From Victivallaceae bacterium (GTDB lineage: Bacteria > Verrucomicrobiota > Lentisphaeria > Victivallales > Victivallaceae): a stretch of DNA of 38,223 bases. The stretch spans positions 1-38,223 of the forward strand of contig JAZQTR010000182.1 in assembly GCA_045630865.1 (NCBI GenBank), given 5' to 3'. Below, piece after piece: positions 24,560 to 34,112 of the stretch. The notes under the pieces are model-generated. The model did not search any database and was not told the DNA's origin. It saw only the letters and a list, made by a program, of their open reading frames with translations. Made by a program: the position numbers and the translations under genes. Within the stretch, counting starts at the first letter, position 1. Each line of letters opens with the position of its first letter.

Positions 24560-26029
24560 TCAACGTCTCCTCTTTTCCACTTTCTTGCGGCGCATTGCCG
24601 GACGTTTCTCCGGAGTTCTCCGGATGGTCTCTATCTTTTTGGGACGCGATACTACATCTATAATGATCGGAATTCCAACCAGATTGAAGGCATCACGCAG
24701 TTTGTTTTTAAGAAATGTCACATAGTTATCTGCCGCCAGTTCAGCGCGGTTGACAAAGAGCTTGAAACGCGGAGGCTTCTGGCCGACCATGGAGGCGTAA
24801 AAGAGCTTCAGCGGAGCAGTTCCCATCACAGGAGGCGGATTGGATTCAAAGGCACTCTGGAGAACGCGGTTGAGGACTCCGGTCGGAATATCCTGCTCAA
24901 GCTGCTCCATGACCTGTGCAACCTGATCCAGAAGCTTATCAAGATTCTGGCGTTTGGCGGCACTGATGAGAACAGCAGGAACAAATCCCATGCCGGGAAG
25001 ACTGTAACGCAGTTCAGATATAAGCTTTTTGACAGCAACTTCCGGACAGAGATCCCATTTGTTCACCGCAATGACGCAGGCCTTTCCGGCCTTGGAGATC
25101 ATTCCGGCGATGCGTCTATCCTGTGCAGTCGCTCCGTCGAGTCCGGCCTCGACCACAAAGATCACAAGATCGGCACGCTCGATGGCACTCTTGCTGCGCA
25201 TAACGCTGAAATATTCGACGATTTCATCAACTTTGGCGGACTTGCGCAGACCGGCAGTATCAACCAAAACCGCCGGATGGGATTCGCCATTGAAAGTGAT
25301 GTCAAAATCAATATCGACCGCATCGCGGGTGGTTCCGGCAATATCGCTGGTCATCACGCGCTCGTCGCCGAGCAGAGCATTGATAAGGCTGGATTTACCG
25401 ACGTTGGGGCGTCCGATAACGGCAATATTGATGCGCTCCGGAGCGGATTCCTCCTCTTTCACCCATTCGACATCTTTCGGAAATGCCTGCCAGACTTTTT
25501 CCAGCAGCGCACCGATTCCGCCGCGATGCTGACAGCAGATGGGAGACACATTGCCGAAACCGAGCCTGACAAACTCCGCCGCATCATCTTTGAGCTGGGC
25601 AGTGTCACACTTGTTGGCAGCCATCACCACCGGCTTGCCGGAGGCGCGCAGACGGTCGGCGACATCCATATCAAGGGGAGTTACTCCCGCCTGGGCATCG
25701 CCGACCATGATCAATACATCTGCATCGGCAACAGCAGCTTCGACCTGAACCGCGATACCGGCATCCCAGAACTCGACGTTCTTGGATTCTCCGGAAAGCA
25801 GACCGAGACCGCCGGTGTCGATCAGAGTGAAACAGCGTCCATCGCGGCGCACCGTTGTCGAAACCCGGTCGCGGGTAACGCCGCTCATTTCATGGACGAT
25901 AGCCATACGCCGTCCGAGAATGGCGTTGAACAGACTGGACTTTCCGACATTGGGACGTCCCACGATGGCAATCGTGGGATAACGGCGGTTCGGAAGGTCG
26001 ATTATGGGTTCAAACGGTACGTCTTGCAT
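24560..26029 (-). CDS. der: ribosome-biogenesis GTPase Der (EngA)
   Basis: Two tandem GTPase domains, each with GRPNVGKSSL, DT.G and NK.D motifs. KH-like C-terminal domain plus a basic tail (RRKKVEKRRR). Confidence 0.95.
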   Translation of the reverse strand: MQDVPFEPIIDLPNRRYPTIAIVGRPNVGKSSLFNAILGRRMAIVHEMSGVTRDRVSTTVRRDGRCFTLIDTGGLGLLSGESKNVEFWDAGIAVQVEAAVADADVLIMVGDAQAGVTPLDMDVADRLRASGKPVVMAANKCDTAQLKDDAAEFVRLGFGNVSPICCQHRGGIGALLEKVWQAFPKDVEWVKEEESAPERINIAVIGRPNVGKSSLINALLGDERVMTSDIAGTTRDAVDIDFDITFNGESHPAVLVDTAGLRKSAKVDEIVEYFSVMRSKSAIERADLVIFVVEAGLDGATAQDRRIAGMISKAGKACVIAVNKWDLCPEVAVKKLISELRYSLPGMGFVPAVLISAAKRQNLDKLLDQVAQVMEQLEQDIPTGVLNRVLQSAFESNPPPVMGTAPLKLFYASMVGQKPPRFKLFVNRAELAADNYVTFLKNKLRDAFNLVGIPIIIDVVSRPKKIETIRRTPEKRPAMRRKKVEKRRR

Positions 26030-26036
26030 AAATAAA

Positions 26037-26852
26037 TTACTTTCTGAATGAGTTGATCTGATCTCTCAGAGCAAGTGCGGCGGCGCGGGAAGCCTGGGCA
26101 AAATTCTCATCTTTTCCGGCAAAAATAATTCCGCGGGAAGAGTTGATCATGATACCTTTGCCGTCAGCAGTACAACCGAAACGGACAACTTTTTCCACAT
26201 CGCCGCCCTGCGCTCCGACTCCGGGAACGAGGAAGGGAAGCTCCGGACAGAGTTTACGCAGATTTTCCAGTTCCTCGGGATAGGTTGCACCGACAACGAT
26301 ACCGGCGTTGCCGTTGGCGTTCCATTTGTCTCTCACCAGACGGGCAACGTGTTCGTAGACCGGAATTCCGTCGCAGACCAGACTCTGAAGATCTCCGGAG
26401 TTGGGATTGGAAGTACGGCAGAGAATAATGACACCTTTTTCAGTGTAATCAAGGAACGGCTTGAGAGTATCATATCCCATATAGGGGTTGACAGTCACGG
26501 CATCGGCGCAGTAACGCTCGAAGGCCTCTTTGGCATACTGCTCTGCAGTCGAACCGATATCGCCGCGTTTGACGTCAAGGATCACCGGAACTCCGGGAGC
26601 GGCTTCGTGGATGTAGCTGATGGTATCGAGCAGCTCATCCTCACGTCCGCATCCGGCGTAGTAAGCTGCCTGCGGCTTGTAGCAGGAAACCAGATCCTTT
26701 GTGGCATCAACAATAGCTTTGTTGAATTCAAAAAACGGACGTTTGGCTCCCTTGACGCACTCGGGCAGCTTCTTGAAATCGGGATCAAGTCCGACGCAGA
26801 CCAGACTGTTGTTGCGGTCTGCAGCGGCATTCATATCAGTGAAAAAGCTCAT
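26037..26852 (-). CDS. pyrF: orotidine-5'-phosphate decarboxylase (type 2)
   Basis: LVCVGLDPD, ILDVKRGDIGST, VTVNPYMG, PGVGAQGG motifs. 271 aa. Confidence 0.92.
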   Translation of the reverse strand: MSFFTDMNAAADRNNSLVCVGLDPDFKKLPECVKGAKRPFFEFNKAIVDATKDLVSCYKPQAAYYAGCGREDELLDTISYIHEAAPGVPVILDVKRGDIGSTAEQYAKEAFERYCADAVTVNPYMGYDTLKPFLDYTEKGVIILCRTSNPNSGDLQSLVCDGIPVYEHVARLVRDKWNANGNAGIVVGATYPEELENLRKLCPELPFLVPGVGAQGGDVEKVVRFGCTADGKGIMINSSRGIIFAGKDENFAQASRAAALALRDQINSFRK

Positions 26853-26881
26853 TTTTTCTCCTCCGGTTTTATAAACACAGG

Positions 26882-27532
26882 TTATTTTCTGCCGCCGCGT
26901 CCCATGCGGGGAGCAGGAGGCTCTACATTTTTCTCGGCTTCGCAGAGTGCCTTGAGATTTTCATCGGTCGGATTCTTTTTCCAGGCATCGGCGGAAATTT
27001 TGAAATCTTCATCTTTGAAGAAGTAACGTACACTGCCGGACTGATTCTTCAAATCTATATTGGCGATGGCAAGACGGATGTCATCCTCATTGCCGGCATC
27101 GATCCCGGCAGGAGCGTATTTTTCAGCATAATAGCTCTTGATCACATAATCAACACCGGAAACCTGCGGACGGCGGCGGCGCATCTGACGGGCCTTGGCA
27201 AGCATAAGATCACACTCGGCAGCGGCGATTTTCGATGCAGGAGCGTTGTTTTTCTTGAGCAGAGCGACAAGGTCGGCTCTCAGCTTCAACTCATCTTCAC
27301 GCATCTTCTTGAATTCAGCCATGCGCTTTTTGAAGGCTGCCATCTGCTCGGGAGTCGGTTTCGGACGCTCAAATTTGGGGCGTTTTGCCTCCTCTTTCAT
27401 CTTCTGGGCGCGGATGTAATCCTCTTTGAAATAGATGTTCCAAACTGACCATCCGACGTAGATCACTCCGGCAAGGATAACGTTCACCAACAGCGTAATA
27501 AGAGCACATCTGGAGTCATTAGAGAGTTTCAT
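26882..27532 (-). CDS. hypothetical single-pass membrane protein with a Lys/Glu-rich helical region
   Basis: N-terminal TM segment ALITLLVNVILAGVIYVGWSVW, then a highly charged stretch (KMKEEAKRPKFERPKPTPEQMAAFKKRMAEFKKMREDELKLR). Packed within the lon-to-der gene string. No family recognised. Confidence 0.6.
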   Translation of the reverse strand: MKLSNDSRCALITLLVNVILAGVIYVGWSVWNIYFKEDYIRAQKMKEEAKRPKFERPKPTPEQMAAFKKRMAEFKKMREDELKLRADLVALLKKNNAPASKIAAAECDLMLAKARQMRRRRPQVSGVDYVIKSYYAEKYAPAGIDAGNEDDIRLAIANIDLKNQSGSVRYFFKDEDFKISADAWKKNPTDENLKALCEAEKNVEPPAPRMGRGGRK

Positions 27533-27545
27533 AAATACTTTCCTT

Positions 27546-28280
27546 TCACTTTTTCTCAGGAGGCAGTTGTTGTATTACCCTTTCGGGCTTCGACACATCA
27601 AAGATCCCCATTTCACACCTGGAGCTGTCAAAGTATATACGGGTTCGCCATCCCGGACCCTCCACCCGCAAACGCGAGGCGTAATACAGTCCGTTCTTTC
27701 TGTCGAATCCGTCACACTCGAGTGTACGCCATGGCGTTTTTTCCCCTTGCCTGAAAAACTCCGCTTTGAGCGGAAAAAAGTGTTCACTGGAAATATACAC
27801 CCGCGTACACTCTTTTGTTTTGGCGTCAGTAAACCGGATCACCCGGCACTTCACCACGCCTGACACCGTGGCAGGATCTTCCTCACCCGTCACGTCGTCA
27901 AATATAAATGAAAGTGTAAGATCCGATGCTCTCACACCCGCATTGTCAAGCAAAGATGTATTCTTCTGCATCGGAATGACAGAACTGGCGTTACCGGATC
28001 TGCCCTGGCCCAGAAGATATCCCTCTTTGTTGTCGAGAATGAGTTGTCCGGTAGTGCGGTGTTCCTGAATTATCAGACCGAGGTACACCGGAACACTCAC
28101 AGCGGCACTTCCGCTGCGGCGATGCTGAAGCATGCCGTGCAGACGTGACCATGATGAACCGCCGCGCTGGGATCGGACTCTGGAAACAAAATCCAGAGTA
28201 TCCGGCAGCATTTTCATCTCGTTCCCGGCTGCGGAAAAGAGAGTAAGTATCATCAACGCTGTGCTTACAACTGTCTTCAT
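27546..28280 (-). CDS. secreted LolA-like (outer-membrane lipoprotein-sorting-like) protein, tentative
   Basis: Signal peptide MKTVVSTALMILTLFSAAG. The C-terminal half (RVYISSEHFFPLKAEFFRQGEKTPWRTLECDGF...) resembles the LolA-like PF17131 pattern from memory. Start moved to ATG 28280, with GAGG 5 nt upstream, 7 nt after the lon stop. Confidence 0.5.
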   Translation of the reverse strand: MKTVVSTALMILTLFSAAGNEMKMLPDTLDFVSRVRSQRGGSSWSRLHGMLQHRRSGSAAVSVPVYLGLIIQEHRTTGQLILDNKEGYLLGQGRSGNASSVIPMQKNTSLLDNAGVRASDLTLSFIFDDVTGEEDPATVSGVVKCRVIRFTDAKTKECTRVYISSEHFFPLKAEFFRQGEKTPWRTLECDGFDRKNGLYYASRLRVEGPGWRTRIYFDSSRCEMGIFDVSKPERVIQQLPPEKK

Positions 28281-28287
28281 TTTTACC

Positions 28288-30693
28288 TCACATACCGCCA
28301 AGCAGTATTTCCAGAGCCTTGCCTGCTTCTTTTACATGGTGGAAAGTTATCTTGCTTTTCACCTCTTCCGGAAGCTCTTCTGCATCTTTTATATTCTCCT
28401 CCGGCAGTATCACGGTGGTAACTCCGGCCTGACAGGCGGCGGTGACTTTTTCGCGGATGCCTCCGACTGCAGTAACGTGTCCGTGCAGAGTTATCTCTCC
28501 GGACATCGCTGTTGAAGCCTTGACTTTTCTGCCGCTGATGAGCGACACCAGAGCCGTCACAAGAGTTATACCGGCAGACGGACCGTCTTTGGGAGTTGCA
28601 CCGTCAGGCACGTGTATATGAAAGTCATTGGTATTGAAAAACTCCGCTTCCACGCCATACTTGCCGGCGATACTGCGGACGTAGGAAAACGCAGTTTCTG
28701 CGGATTCCTGCATAACTTTGCCGAGACTTCCGGTGAGTTTGAGCTGTCCTTTTCCACCGGGGATCGCAAGGATCTCTATCGGGAGAACCGTGCCGCCGAC
28801 ACCTGTCCACGCCATGCCGAGAGCATATCCCGGCTTGCTGTCGCGGCGCATTCCATCCGGCTGGAAACGGTGCTTGCCGAGCAATTCCGCAACGAGAGAT
28901 TTATCGACGGTCACCTTGCCGGTGAAACGCTCATCATTTTCGACGATCCTGCGGGCAAGGCGGCGGCAGATCTGACCGGTAACGCGCTCGAGCTCACGGA
29001 CTCCGGCTTCCATTGTGTAAAACTTGATTATTTCATCCACTGCGGCGGAACGGAAGGTGATCTTTCTATCCTCCAAACCGCAGTTTTTGATCTGGCGGGG
29101 AACAAGATAACGTTTACCAATCTCACGCTTCTCAAGCGCGGTGTATCCGGGGACACGGATTATTTCCATACGATCGCGCAGCGGTCCGGGAATACCGTCT
29201 ATCGAGTTGGCTGTGGCGATGAAAAATACCTTTGAGAGATCATATCCGAGCTCGATATAGTTATCGTTGAACGAGTGGTTCTGCGCAGGATCAAGTACTT
29301 CAAGCAACGCAGAACCGGGATCGCCGCGGAAATCCTGGGCAAGTTTATCGACCTCATCGAGCATAAACACAGGGTTGGAACTTCCGGCACGTTTAAGGTT
29401 CTGGATAATACGTCCGGGCATGGCACCGACATAGGTGCGGCGGTGTCCGCGTATTTCAGCCTCATCGCGCACGCCTCCGAGAGAGACGCGGATAAAGTTG
29501 CGGTTCATCGCTTTGGCAATGGATTGTCCTATAGAGGTCTTACCGACACCGGGAGGTCCGATAAGACAGAGGATTGGAGCCGTGGACTTGGGATCGCCCT
29601 GACGCAATTGAAGCACCGCCAGAAACTCAAGGATACGGTCTTTGACATCCTCAAGTCCGTAATGATCCTCTTCAAGTACCTTGCGGGCAATGGCACAATC
29701 AAGTCTGTCTTCGGTGTATTTGTTCCAGGGAATATCGAGCAGCCAGTTGACGTAGGAGTAGCTGATATGATACTCCGGAGCAGAAGTGGGAATACACTCC
29801 AGACGCTCAATCTCATTTCTGACAGTACTTTCCACATTTTCAGGAAGATCTGCGTTCTGCAGCTTCTTTTCGAGCATCGCAATATCACCTCCGCGCGGCT
29901 CTTCGCCAAGCTCACGCTTGATGACACGCAGCTGCTCGCGCAGGAAAAACTCTCGCTGGGAGTCCCCCATAGCCTCCTGAACCTGATTCTGAATACTCAA
30001 GCCCAGCGCAGCAATTTCAAGCTCCCTCGCCATCAGAATGGCGAGAAGATCAAGACGCTCACCGATATCCGACAATCCGAGAAGCGTTACCTTCTCGTCG
30101 TTGGAAAAGTGCATCGCATCCGCCAGAATATCGGCTATTCTGCCGGGAAGATTTGCTCCTTCGACAGCGTTGACCAGCTCTTCCGGCTGATTGACCATCG
30201 AGGAAAGCTCGTGGAAACAATTGAGTACGCCCTTTGCTCTGGCAATATTGGCATTGTCTGTATTTTCAGACATATCTTCATCTGCATTGCGGTACTGTAC
30301 GCGGGGAATACCATCGGTTCCCACCTCGATCAGTTCACAATAGATACGGCGGAGTCCGCGCACAACGATCTTTGAGCTGCCATCCGGCAGGCGCAGCTCA
30401 CGGACAACTCTGGCAAGAACACCGATACGTCCGAGTTTTCTGTCGCCGTAAGTCACGGTGGCAATCATCGGAAGTTTGGTCGGCACATTTTTGCCGGTGT
30501 AATTGTATTGCGGAAACATAGCGACAGTCCGGTCGCCGGTCATCGCTTCACGCAGAACTTCGCTGTTCTCTTCAGTTTCAACATTGACCGGAGAGAGGCT
30601 GAACGGGAAAACCACAGGATGCCGCAGAACAAAGAGTCCTGCCGCAGTTCCCAGTTTGCGCAGTCCGGCAACGCTTATTGTTTTACTATCCAT
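28288..30693 (-). CDS. lon: ATP-dependent endopeptidase La (Lon)
   Basis: LON N-domain, Walker A GPPGVGKTS, Walker B FMLDEVDK, protease Ser in PKDGPSAGIT. 801 aa. AGGAAG SD. Confidence 0.96.
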   Translation of the reverse strand: MDSKTISVAGLRKLGTAAGLFVLRHPVVFPFSLSPVNVETEENSEVLREAMTGDRTVAMFPQYNYTGKNVPTKLPMIATVTYGDRKLGRIGVLARVVRELRLPDGSSKIVVRGLRRIYCELIEVGTDGIPRVQYRNADEDMSENTDNANIARAKGVLNCFHELSSMVNQPEELVNAVEGANLPGRIADILADAMHFSNDEKVTLLGLSDIGERLDLLAILMARELEIAALGLSIQNQVQEAMGDSQREFFLREQLRVIKRELGEEPRGGDIAMLEKKLQNADLPENVESTVRNEIERLECIPTSAPEYHISYSYVNWLLDIPWNKYTEDRLDCAIARKVLEEDHYGLEDVKDRILEFLAVLQLRQGDPKSTAPILCLIGPPGVGKTSIGQSIAKAMNRNFIRVSLGGVRDEAEIRGHRRTYVGAMPGRIIQNLKRAGSSNPVFMLDEVDKLAQDFRGDPGSALLEVLDPAQNHSFNDNYIELGYDLSKVFFIATANSIDGIPGPLRDRMEIIRVPGYTALEKREIGKRYLVPRQIKNCGLEDRKITFRSAAVDEIIKFYTMEAGVRELERVTGQICRRLARRIVENDERFTGKVTVDKSLVAELLGKHRFQPDGMRRDSKPGYALGMAWTGVGGTVLPIEILAIPGGKGQLKLTGSLGKVMQESAETAFSYVRSIAGKYGVEAEFFNTNDFHIHVPDGATPKDGPSAGITLVTALVSLISGRKVKASTAMSGEITLHGHVTAVGGIREKVTAACQAGVTTVILPEENIKDAEELPEEVKSKITFHHVKEAGKALEILLGGM

Positions 30694-30800
30694 ATAAATC
30701 TTCCTGCCGCAAAAAAATAATTTCTTTGCGGACGTATTTTGCTTCTGTTATCTGACTATATAAGGTAACTTGCCGCAGACAAGTTTTCAATAGCAATATA

Positions 30801-31568
30801 TCACAGAGATTTGAAAAATTTCAAGGCTCTGGCAATATTGCGATCCCAGAACTCCCAATTGTGTACTCCCGGCTCCTCAAGATAGGTGTATTTTTCCACC
30901 TTGAGATTTTCCAGATGATCCCGGAATTTGCGGTTGGATGAAATCAGAAAATCCTCACTGCCGCAGGCGTGGAAAATGGCGGGAAGCACAGTTTTCTCTT
31001 CTGCATGTCTGGACACCAATTCAAAAAGATCACTTCCGGAGCGGCTCACCGCATCGGCATCTGAAAAAATCATCTTCATCTCATAATTGAGTTCAGCATC
31101 ATTGACCGCGATGTTGTTTATCCACTCTCTTATGTCGGCTACAGCGGAAAATGCCGCACATCCGGCAAAACGGTCAGGATGATTGAGAGCAAGTTTCAAA
31201 GCTCCGTATCCGCCCATGGAAAGTCCGGCGACGAAGTTATCCTCTTTACGGTCTGAAAGCGGAAAGAGATTGCAGCAAACCGTCATAAGTTCGCTGCTTA
31301 TAAAGCTCCAGTATTTGGGACCGCATGCCATATCGGCATAAAAACTGCGTCCGCCGTCGGGCATAACTACCGCGAATCCCAGCTCGCGGGCATAACGGCT
31401 GACAGACGTGAGATTGTTCCAGCAGCTGTCATCATCGCTCAAGCCGTGAAAAAGCCAGACAACCGGAAACTTGCCGCTTTCCGGCAGCTTTTCATCCGGA
31501 AGTATAACATTCATATGCACCATCTTGCGAAGTACAGCAGACTTGAGTGAGCAAGTAAGATTGACCAT
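30801..31568 (-). CDS. esterase-family alpha/beta hydrolase (esterase D / tributyrin-esterase-like)
   Basis: FPVVWLFHGL, nucleophile elbow GLSMGGYGA, C-terminal His in PGVHNWEFW. The ORF track starts at TTG 31583. ATG 31568 (MVNLT) has GAGGA 8 nt upstream. Confidence 0.8.
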   Translation of the reverse strand: MVNLTCSLKSAVLRKMVHMNVILPDEKLPESGKFPVVWLFHGLSDDDSCWNNLTSVSRYARELGFAVVMPDGGRSFYADMACGPKYWSFISSELMTVCCNLFPLSDRKEDNFVAGLSMGGYGALKLALNHPDRFAGCAAFSAVADIREWINNIAVNDAELNYEMKMIFSDADAVSRSGSDLFELVSRHAEEKTVLPAIFHACGSEDFLISSNRKFRDHLENLKVEKYTYLEEPGVHNWEFWDRNIARALKFFKSL

Positions 31569-31595
31569 AATATCATTCCTCAATGTTTATCTTGA

Positions 31596-34112
31596 TTAAA
31601 ATCCGAATTCAGGCTGGACGATACCGAAATCTTCATCATCAGCGCGCGGCGGTCTGGCAGGTTCGGGTTCATCCTCAACTGCGGCTTCAGGTTCAGCTGC
31701 CCCGGATTCGGGTTCCTCTGTTGTTTCAGGTTCAGACACCCCGGGTTCCTCTGTCTCTTCTGCCCCGGCGTCCTCCGGTTCAGTTTCAACGACCTCGAGT
31801 TCTGCCGTTTTTTCCGGTTCGGTAACTGATTCAGGCTCTGCGGCTCCGGGTTCTGAAGTTGTCTCCACTATAATTTCAGGCTCTGCAATGGGTTCGGGAT
31901 CAGTTACTGCAGGCTCGACGGCAACAGCGTCTTCGACTACAGCAGGCACTTCTGCATTCGGGACTTCAACTTCAGCGGTATCCGCTTCGTCTGCGCCGTC
32001 TGAAACAGGAGTTTCTTCAGCAACAGTCTGAAACCGGGCGATCTCCTCATCTGTCAGATAACGGTTATGGGTTATCTTTGAGAGCTTATTTCCGGTGATG
32101 AGTATTCCGCGCGCCTTGGGTGAACGCGTGGGCAGAGTCATAAGGTTGAGTTCAGTCACTGATTCGCGGCCTTTTCCATCGACTCCGGTCAGCATGTAAA
32201 TTGCATCCGCTCTCGGAGTGAACAACTCCAAAGCACATCCTTCAGGGCACATCATATACTCACGGTCAAGAATGAATCCTCCGATAGCAGTACGTTTGCC
32301 GTAGTATTTTCCGGACTTCTTCTCACGGTATATAACACCGAACTCTGTGGAAGCATCATAACGCCGGAAATCATACATCTTGCCGATAAAGAGTTTTTTA
32401 TCCTGCGGCAGGGGAATAATGCGGTATTTACCGGATTTTTCCAGACAGATAAAACGGTCGAACTCGTTGCAGACCAGAGTGTCATCGCTCTTGACAGCTG
32501 TTCCGATATAACCGTTTTTTCTATCCCATCCGATCTTGATATTGTTCAATGCCGCCTTGCTGCGGTCGATCTGCTCAAACTGCTCAATCTCGGTACGGCG
32601 CGGAAAAAACTCTCCGTACTTCTCTTTGAGTTTTTCCAGATATCCGATAGTATATTCGACAAGATGAGCAAGATTGTGCTTGATCTCCTTGATTTTTTCA
32701 GCTATTTCACGCAGCTCTTTCTGGTTCTTTTCAATATCAAACCGGGCGATACGGCGGACAGGCAGTGCAAGAAGTTTATCCACGTCCTCTTTTGTGACAT
32801 CACGCAGAAGTTCTTTTCTGAACGGAGCAAGTCCGTCAAGAACTTCCTGATACTCTTCTTCGACACTCTGGCACTCTTCGATGCGCTTGTAGATACGGTT
32901 CTCAAAGAATATCTGGGCGAGTGTTTTGGCGTGGCGAAGTTCATTCATCCGGTCAAGCTCGATCTCAAACTCACGTCTGATGTAGCCGAGAAGTTTCTGA
33001 ACGTTGCGCTTCAACACCTGCGTCACCGTCATCTGCACCGGCTTGCGGTCGCAGATCACCATAAGTTTCGGAGAGACTCTGACCGAGCAGTCAGTATACA
33101 TATACAATCCCTGAAGCACTTTTTCAGGATCCTGCCCCTTGGTCGGCGTCACTCTTATTTCAACCCGGTCTGTGGTGAAATCCTGGACGCTTGAAATCTT
33201 GATCTTGTTTTTCTTCCAGGCTTTTTCAATGGATTCGACCAGTGTTTCTGTAGTGCAGGTGGCAGGTATTTCGCGTATAACCAGCACTCTTCCGTCGATA
33301 TCGATCTTCGCGCGCAGCGTTATTCTGCCGTTGCCATCCTCGTATTCCCGGACATCCATAAGTCCGCCCTGCTGAAAATCCGGATAAAGGTTGAATTCTT
33401 CACCTTTGAGCTCGCTTATTTCTGCATCGATCAACTCGTTGAAGTTGTGGGGCAGAACAGTTGTGGACATACCGACAGCAATACCGTCACTGCCGAGCAT
33501 AAGAAGACTGGGAACTTTGGCAGGAAGCAGCACAGGCTCCTTTTTGCGTCCGTCGTAGTTGGGAACGAAGTCGGTGATGTCATTGTTGAACATCGTTTCA
33601 TAGGCAAGAAGAGAAAGTGAACACTCAGTATAACGCGCCGCTGCGGCACGGTCACCGGTGAGCAGGTTTCCGAAGTTTCCCTGCGTCTTGATGAAGTAGG
33701 GATAGCTGACAACAGAAGTGTTCTGCTCTTTGGTCTTGGGATCATACACCTGCTCTTCGCGGCAGCCGCCTTTGTTGGCAAGAACAACGATGGCGTCGCC
33801 GATGGAAGCGTCTCCGTGCGGATGATAATGCATCGCATTACCGACGATATTGGCGGTTTTTGTGGTGCGTCCGTTCTCGTACGCCTGATAAAGAGTCCAC
33901 ATAATGCGCCGCTGAACCGGTTTCAATCCATCATCGACATCCGGGATGGCACGCGAACCGATAACGTAGCTCGCGTAATCCAGAAAGTTGCGGTTCATCA
34001 TCTGGCGGAAAAAGTCGTTGGCACCTTTGCCTTTTTCTGCAACAACTCCGTTTTCAATACCGGAAGCGTCATCTGCCGGATCAACTGCATTGATCTGCTC
34101 TTGATCACTCAT
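31596..34112 (-). CDS. parC: type IIA topoisomerase subunit A, topoisomerase IV ParC-like
   Basis: DGLKPVQRRIMW, HPHGD, catalytic Tyr in AAARYTE. I see no GyrA-box (QRRGGKG). Short C-terminal domain followed by a long acidic tail. Start set to ATG 34112 (MSDQEQ), with GGAGG 9 nt upstream, overlapping the parE end by 8 nt. Confidence 0.88.
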   Translation of the reverse strand: MSDQEQINAVDPADDASGIENGVVAEKGKGANDFFRQMMNRNFLDYASYVIGSRAIPDVDDGLKPVQRRIMWTLYQAYENGRTTKTANIVGNAMHYHPHGDASIGDAIVVLANKGGCREEQVYDPKTKEQNTSVVSYPYFIKTQGNFGNLLTGDRAAAARYTECSLSLLAYETMFNNDITDFVPNYDGRKKEPVLLPAKVPSLLMLGSDGIAVGMSTTVLPHNFNELIDAEISELKGEEFNLYPDFQQGGLMDVREYEDGNGRITLRAKIDIDGRVLVIREIPATCTTETLVESIEKAWKKNKIKISSVQDFTTDRVEIRVTPTKGQDPEKVLQGLYMYTDCSVRVSPKLMVICDRKPVQMTVTQVLKRNVQKLLGYIRREFEIELDRMNELRHAKTLAQIFFENRIYKRIEECQSVEEEYQEVLDGLAPFRKELLRDVTKEDVDKLLALPVRRIARFDIEKNQKELREIAEKIKEIKHNLAHLVEYTIGYLEKLKEKYGEFFPRRTEIEQFEQIDRSKAALNNIKIGWDRKNGYIGTAVKSDDTLVCNEFDRFICLEKSGKYRIIPLPQDKKLFIGKMYDFRRYDASTEFGVIYREKKSGKYYGKRTAIGGFILDREYMMCPEGCALELFTPRADAIYMLTGVDGKGRESVTELNLMTLPTRSPKARGILITGNKLSKITHNRYLTDEEIARFQTVAEETPVSDGADEADTAEVEVPNAEVPAVVEDAVAVEPAVTDPEPIAEPEIIVETTSEPGAAEPESVTEPEKTAELEVVETEPEDAGAEETEEPGVSEPETTEEPESGAAEPEAAVEDEPEPARPPRADDEDFGIVQPEFGF
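31599..32021 (-). repeat. low-complexity Glu/Pro/Ala/Val-rich coding region (C-terminal tail of ParC)
   Basis: The last 141 codons encode 48 D/E, 20 P, 1 K and 2 R by my count. Reiterated EPE/TEP/AEP units appear at DNA level as degenerate GGTTC/CGGTTC/CAGGTTC repeats on the plus strand. Confidence 0.7.

Noticed and set aside
31580-31825. Two overlapping ORFs, 69 aa on the minus strand and 80 aa on the plus strand, rich in P/Q/R/L.
   Set aside because: They lie within the degenerate repeat DNA that encodes the ParC acidic tail. They are alternative-frame read-outs of that repeat and have no independent start signals.
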